Source: Pseudoalteromonas tetraodonis
GTDB taxonomy: Bacteria > Pseudomonadota > Gammaproteobacteria > Enterobacterales > Alteromonadaceae
DNA length: 32,000 nt
Direction: 5' to 3'
Assembly (NCBI RefSeq): GCF_002310835.1
Contig: NZ_CP011041.1
Span: 2,340,001 to 2,372,000 of the forward strand
The translations under genes and the position numbers were made by a program. Every line of letters begins with the position of its first letter. Position 1 is the first letter of the stretch. Of this stretch, positions 27,810 through 32,000 are shown one piece after another. The notes under the pieces were generated by a model, which did no database searches, had not been told where the DNA came from, and saw only the letters and a list, made by a program, of their open reading frames with translations.

Positions 27810-30800
27810 TTAATTTTTAAGTTTAGCCTTTAAGCTTTGCGCTTCTTCTTGCACATCATCCGGGCCATTATTAATGATCTCATCCAGGATTTTAACTGCT
27901 GAGTCTGCATCATCAATCTCAATATAGGCATGTGCAAGATCAAGCTTAGCTGAGTAACCCCCGCTTTGGGTATCAACATCCATAGGGTTATCACCAGCCA
28001 GAAGTGAATCATACTCACCTAAACCAACATCCATATCGACGTCTGTGTAAGGTTCGTGATCTAAATCAGCTTCATCGCTTTGCTCTAACAATGCATCAAT
28101 ATCAACAAAGTCATCCTGCGCTAATGGCTCAGTAACCTCAGGTTGCTCAATAGGCTCTTGCAACGAGGATGCGCTTTCGTCAGCTAAGTCTTCACTTAGT
28201 AAGCTATTAAAATCAACATCAAACTCACTACTGTCACTTAAATCAACATTTTCAGGTTCTGCCAGTTCATTAAGCAAGGCATCAAAATCAGTTTGTGTTA
28301 AATCAGCCATGAACTCATCGTCAAGCTCATCATCTGAAATCATGTCTGATTCTGGCGATACTGGGCTTTGCGTTAAATCTGCTTCACGGTCAGCGTTCGT
28401 TTGCTCGTCAGTAAACTCTGATGATTCAGCTAAAACATCAAGTTGTTCATCATCAAACTCATCGTCTGTGCTAACGCTTTGCTCATCTGTAATTTGTTCA
28501 GTCAGCTTTTCAGGCTCTGAAGCTTCATTATCTAGACCTTGCGCAGTGTTTGACTCTGAAAACTCATTGTCTAGTAATAATTCATCATCAAAATCGTCTT
28601 CTAAGCTATCGAGATCATTGCCTGCGGATAGTGCATTAGCGAGATCTTGCTCTGCTTGACTTGGTGACATACCCGTTGCATCACCGTCTAAATTATCACC
28701 TTGAAGCTCTTCTGGTGTTAGTGATTGATGCTCTTCATCAGATAAAGGCAACTCATCATCAAGCTCTAACTCAGGATACTCTTCAAGCTCTTCACTCGGT
28801 GTAACTATTTCTGGCTCGTATAGCTCATCGTCATCTGTCGATAAATCATTGTTTTGGATATCACCAGCAAGCGGATCATCACCTAAATCAATTTCATCTT
28901 CATCAAGCTCATCGTTTAAATCGTCGAGTGACCAATCAGGAACGTGCTCATCTTCATCGCTTGTTTGCTCAAGTTCACTTAAAAGATCATCAACGCTTTT
29001 AAAGTTTTCACCGTCGTACTCGTCGAGCGCATCTTCTGGGTCGAGTAAGGTTGAAGACGTATCGGTAAAGTCATCTTCTGATTCAACGTCAAACTCAGGA
29101 TCTTGTTCAAGCTCTGGTTCTACTTCAAGCTCTGGCTCTACTTCAAGTTCAGGCTCTGCTTCAAGCTCCGGATCTGCTTCAAGCTCAGGCTCTGCTTCAA
29201 GCTCAGGCTCTGCTTCAAGTTCAGGCTCTGCTTCAAGCTCCGGATCTGCTTCAAGCTCAGGCTCTGCTTCAAGCTCAGGCTCTGCTTCAATTTCAGGCTC
29301 TGCTTCAAGCTCAGGCTCTGCTTCAAGTTCAAGCTCTACTTCAAGTTCAGGCTCTGCTTCAAGCTCAGGCTCTGCTTCAAGCTCAGGCTCTGCTTCAAGT
29401 TCTGGCTCAACTTCAAGTTCAGGCTCTGCTTCAAGTTCTGGCTCTGCTTCAAGTTCAGGTTCTGCTTCAAGTTCTGGCTCAACTTCAAGCTCTGGTTCTG
29501 CTTCAAGCTCTGGTTCTGCTTCAAGTTCAGGCTCTACTTCAAGTTCAGGCTCTGCTTCAAGCTCAGGCTCTGCTTCAAGCTCAGGTTCAGTTTCAAGTTC
29601 TGGCTCTACTTCAAGCTCAGTTTCTACTTCAAGCTCAGGCTCTGCTTCAAGTTCAGGCTCTGCTTCAAGCTCAGGCTCTGCTTCAAGTTCAGGCTCTGCT
29701 TCAAGCTCAGGCTCTGCTTCAAGCTCAGGTTCTACTTCAAGTTCAGGCTCAACTTCAAGTTCAGGCTCTGCTTCAAGTTCAGGCTCTGCTTCAAGTTCTG
29801 GCTCTGCTTCAAGTTCTGTCTCAGCTTCAATTTCTGGCTCAGCTTCTACTTCAAATTCAGATTCTACTTTAAGTTCATCATCTACACCATCAACTGACCA
29901 ATCTGGTGTTTCTACATAGTCGTCGGTAGGTTGTTCTAACTCACTTAACAGATCATCAATACTTTCAAGGTTTTCATCGTTAAATTCATCTAAGGCATCC
30001 TCTTGATCGAGTAATGTAGAAGATGTATCGGTGAAATCACCTTCAGATCCAACGTCAAACTCAGGCTCAGGTTCAAGTTCTGCTTGAAGCTCCGGCTCAG
30101 CTTCAAGCTCTGGGTCTACTTCAAGCTCTGGCTCTACTTCAAGCTCTGGTTCTACTTCAAGTTCTGGCTCTGCTTCAAGTTCAGGTTCAGCTTCAAGTTT
30201 TGGCTCTGCTGCTTCAAGCTCAGGCTCTACTTCAAGCTCAGGCTCTACTTCAAGCTCAGGCTCTACTTCAAGCTCAGGCTCTACTTCAAGTTCAGGCTCT
30301 ACTTCAAGTTCAGGTTCTACTTCAAGTTCAGGTTCAGCTTCAAGTTCTGGCTCTGCTGCTTCAAGCTCAGGCTCTACTTCAAGTTCAGGTTCAGCTTCAA
30401 GCTCTGGTTCTACTTCAAGTTCAGGTTCTTCTTCAAGCTCCGGCTCAGCTTCAACGCCTGGCTCTGGCTCTACTTCTGGCTCAGCAAAAGATGAAGCGAT
30501 AGATTCTACATCTTCACTATTTAACTCTTCTTGCGCGTCAGCTAAATCTTCAATTGAGTCCGCCAATGCATGATCTATTTCAGAATCATGAACATCACTT
30601 TCAGGTTGCTCCGCATCCAGTACATCGTCAATATCTACTTCGTCTTCATCAACTAGGCTGTCGATGTCTGGCTCTTCACTTTGAGCCTCAGTAGCCGATT
30701 GTTCTGCATCAAGTAAATCGTCAATATTAACTTCATCGTCTTCATCAACTAAGCTGTCAATATCCGCGTCTTCACTCTCTGCAGCAGCGGGTTGCTCTGC

Positions 30801-32000
30801 ATCAAGCAAGTCATCAATGTCAATCTCGTCATCTTCATCTACTAAGCTGTCAATATCCGCGTCTTCACTCTCTGCAGCAGCGGGTTGCTCTGCATCAAGC
30901 AAGTCATCAATGTCAATCTCGTCATCTTCTTCAACTAAGCTGTCAATATCAGTTTCTTCACTCTGTGCAGTAGCGGGTTGCTCTGCATCGAGTAAATCGT
31001 CAATATCAAATTCGTCATCTTCTTCAACTAAACTGTCAATATCAGTTTCTTCACTCTGTGCAGTAGCGGGTTGCTCTGCATCGAGTAAATCGTCAATATC
31101 AAATTCGTCATCTTCTTCAACTAAACTGTCAATATCAGTTTCTTCACTCTGTGCAGTAGCGGGTTGCTCTGCATCGAGTAAATCGTCAATATCAAATTCG
31201 TCATCTTCTTCAACTAAACTGTCAATATCAGTTTCTTCACTCTGTGCAGTAGCGGGTTGCTCTGCATCGAGTAAATCGTCAATATCAAATTCGTCATCGT
31301 CTGCTGATGTGTCAGTTGCCTGCTCATTATTTTCATCGAGTAAATCATCAATGTCGAAGTCTTCGCCCTCTTCGGCGAGCTCTTCACTGAGTGCAGCCAT
31401 ATCATCATTCGATTCACCTTGGGGTTCATCTGGTAATGAATCGTCATCTTCTTCATCAAACAGGCTATCTAAATCATCCGCACTTAAAATATCATCCGAT
31501 TCGTCAAGATTAATTGTATCGCCCGTGTCATCTTCATCAGGGCTATCAAAATCTTGTTGCATGAAAACATCAAGTTCATCGCCCTCAGTATTTTCATCTT
31601 CAAAAACAACATCATCATTAAGTAAGCTTTCTAACTCATCTTGATCTAATAAACTGTCATCATCGAGATCATCATTAAACTCCACATCATCATCAAGTAA
31701 TACGTCATCCATGTTCTCATCTAACTGCACACTTAAATCATCAAGTGGATCGGGAGCAGGCGCTTCGTCAAGCGTGGGTTCTGGCATTTCATCTAGAGGG
31801 TCAGTATAAGCAGGCGCTTGTGGTATAAATTCATCATCGTTACTCTCAGGCTCTTGGTTATTATCACGCTTACGCAGCCACATAACTACAGCAAAAATAA
31901 TCAACAACGCTGGAATGGTCATTAATAAAATGAGTACCAAAGGATTCGAGAGTAATGCAGCAAAGCTAAATTCATTCTCTTGCTCTGCATCTTTTAATTT
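27810..32000 (-). CDS. fimV: FimV-like peptidoglycan-binding/pilus-assembly scaffold, 5'-truncated by the window edge, with an extremely acidic repeat-rich cytoplasmic part
   Basis: The frame stays open from 31940 to 32000 (KLKDAEQENEFSFAALLSNP precedes the TM LVLILLMTIPALLIIFAVVMW), so the track start (a TTG) is not the real start. The C-terminus GGYSAKLDLAHAYIEIDDADSAVKILDEIINNG matches the FimV C-terminal TPR-like motif. Position next to truA matches other gammaproteobacteria. Confidence 0.8.
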   Translation of the reverse strand, partial: KLKDAEQENEFSFAALLSNPLVLILLMTIPALLIIFAVVMWLRKRDNNQEPESNDDEFIPQAPAYTDPLDEMPEPTLDEAPAPDPLDDLSVQLDENMDDVLLDDDVEFNDDLDDDSLLDQDELESLLNDDVVFEDENTEGDELDVFMQQDFDSPDEDDTGDTINLDESDDILSADDLDSLFDEEDDDSLPDEPQGESNDDMAALSEELAEEGEDFDIDDLLDENNEQATDTSADDDEFDIDDLLDAEQPATAQSEETDIDSLVEEDDEFDIDDLLDAEQPATAQSEETDIDSLVEEDDEFDIDDLLDAEQPATAQSEETDIDSLVEEDDEFDIDDLLDAEQPATAQSEETDIDSLVEEDDEIDIDDLLDAEQPAAAESEDADIDSLVDEDDEIDIDDLLDAEQPAAAESEDADIDSLVDEDDEVNIDDLLDAEQSATEAQSEEPDIDSLVDEDEVDIDDVLDAEQPESDVHDSEIDHALADSIEDLADAQEELNSEDVESIASSFAEPEVEPEPGVEAEPELEEEPELEVEPELEAEPELEVEPELEAAEPELEAEPELEVEPELEVEPELEVEPELEVEPELEVEPELEVEPELEAAEPKLEAEPELEAEPELEVEPELEVEPELEVDPELEAEPELQAELEPEPEFDVGSEGDFTDTSSTLLDQEDALDEFNDENLESIDDLLSELEQPTDDYVETPDWSVDGVDDELKVESEFEVEAEPEIEAETELEAEPELEAEPELEAEPELEVEPELEVEPELEAEPELEAEPELEAEPELEAEPELEAEPELEVETELEVEPELETEPELEAEPELEAEPELEVEPELEAEPELEAEPELEVEPELEAEPELEAEPELEAEPELEVEPELEAEPELEAEPELEAEPELEVELELEAEPELEAEPEIEAEPELEAEPELEADPELEAEPELEAEPELEAEPELEADPELEAEPELEVEPELEVEPELEQDPEFDVESEDDFTDTSSTLLDPEDALDEYDGENFKSVDDLLSELEQTSDEDEHVPDWSLDDLNDELDEDEIDLGDDPLAGDIQNNDLSTDDDELYEPEIVTPSEELEEYPELELDDELPLSDEEHQSLTPEELQGDNLDGDATGMSPSQAEQDLANALSAGNDLDSLEDDFDDELLLDNEFSESNTAQGLDNEASEPEKLTEQITDEQSVSTDDEFDDEQLDVLAESSEFTDEQTNADREADLTQSPVSPESDMISDDELDDEFMADLTQTDFDALLNELAEPENVDLSDSSEFDVDFNSLLSEDLADESASSLQEPIEQPEVTEPLAQDDFVDIDALLEQSDEADLDHEPYTDVDMDVGLGEYDSLLAGDNPMDVDTQSGGYSAKLDLAHAYIEIDDADSAVKILDEIINNGPDDVQEEAQSLKAKLKN
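29094..29865 (-). repeat. 18-bp (hexapeptide EPELE[A/V]) tandem array, block 2, roughly 40 units
   Basis: Same unit as block 1. Each block is followed by a ~65-aa homologous tail (EFDV.SE.DFTDTSSTLLD.EDALDE...DDLLSELEQ...PDWS). The two array-plus-tail units therefore form a higher-order duplication. Confidence 0.9.
30061..30480 (-). repeat. 18-bp (hexapeptide EPELE[A/V]) tandem array, block 1, roughly 20 units
   Basis: Plus strand shows GCTTCAAG(C/T)TC(A/T)GG(C/T)TCT-type units. Translation is ...EPELEVEPELEAEPELEV... Confidence 0.9.
30565..31364 (-). repeat. 93-bp (31-aa) tandem repeat array inside fimV, about 8-9 copies
   Basis: The unit is DDEFDIDDLLDAEQPATAQSEETDIDSLVEE. GGGTTGCTC landmarks recur at 30789, 30882, 30975, 31068, 31161 and 31254 (period 93). 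There are four identical copies, two of a second variant, and degenerate copies at both ends. Confidence 0.9.

Noticed and set aside
29094-30480. Regularly spaced short repeats that could be mistaken for a CRISPR array
   Set aside because: The 18-bp units are directly abutting with no unique spacers. They are in frame and encode EPELE(A/V) within a continuous ORF.
28309-31644. Long plus-strand ORFs inside fimV (for example 28849..29919 Ser/Gly-rich, 29103..29897 and 30084..30494 FKLRLC-type, 30817..31644 Ser-rich) and short minus-strand ORFs in the other frames
   Set aside because: They are low-complexity mirror-frame products of the 18-bp and 93-bp repeats. Stop-free runs are expected from the repeat composition. 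The FimV frame alone has a TM helix, non-repeat regions and a recognisable C-terminal motif.
31938-31940. Track start of the FimV ORF at 31940
   Set aside because: The codon is TTG inside a TM helix, and the frame stays open to the window edge. The real start, with the periplasmic LysM-type part, must lie beyond 32000.

Overview
Gammaproteobacterial chromosome segment; gene content and AT-rich composition suggest an Alteromonadales or Pseudoalteromonas-like marine host, which is a guess. Housekeeping genes sit on both flanks: cysS, ppiB and lpxH on the left, and a YohC-like gene, purF, cvpA, dedD, folC, accD, truA and fimV on the right. A sensor kinase / REC-EAL response-regulator pair lies next to lpxH. 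The main result is a ~12.8-kb integrative mobilizable island (about 7681-20508) inserted precisely inside the tRNA-hydroxylase gene miaE. The host gene is split into a 44-codon 5' stub (20642->20511) and a 212-codon 3' part (7680->7042). The island carries a large serine recombinase, followed 2 nt later by its own complete miaE paralogue. It also carries a MobV-type relaxase with a hairpin-rich oriT-like region, and a translationally coupled type I R-M operon (hsdM-hsdS-hsdR). Other cargo includes an AT-rich orphan gene with HTH-like repeats fused to a McrA-type HNH nuclease, a regulator-like gene opening with an (ATGGAT)13 microsatellite, and two small unknown ORFs. The junctions can be read to a 2-bp crossover, and the island ends carry a 14-bp inverted repeat. 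The right edge holds a 5'-truncated, extremely acidic FimV-like gene built from 93-bp and 18-bp tandem repeats. I saw no tRNA, rRNA or CRISPR array. All homology statements come from reading the translations by eye; no database or HMM search was run.
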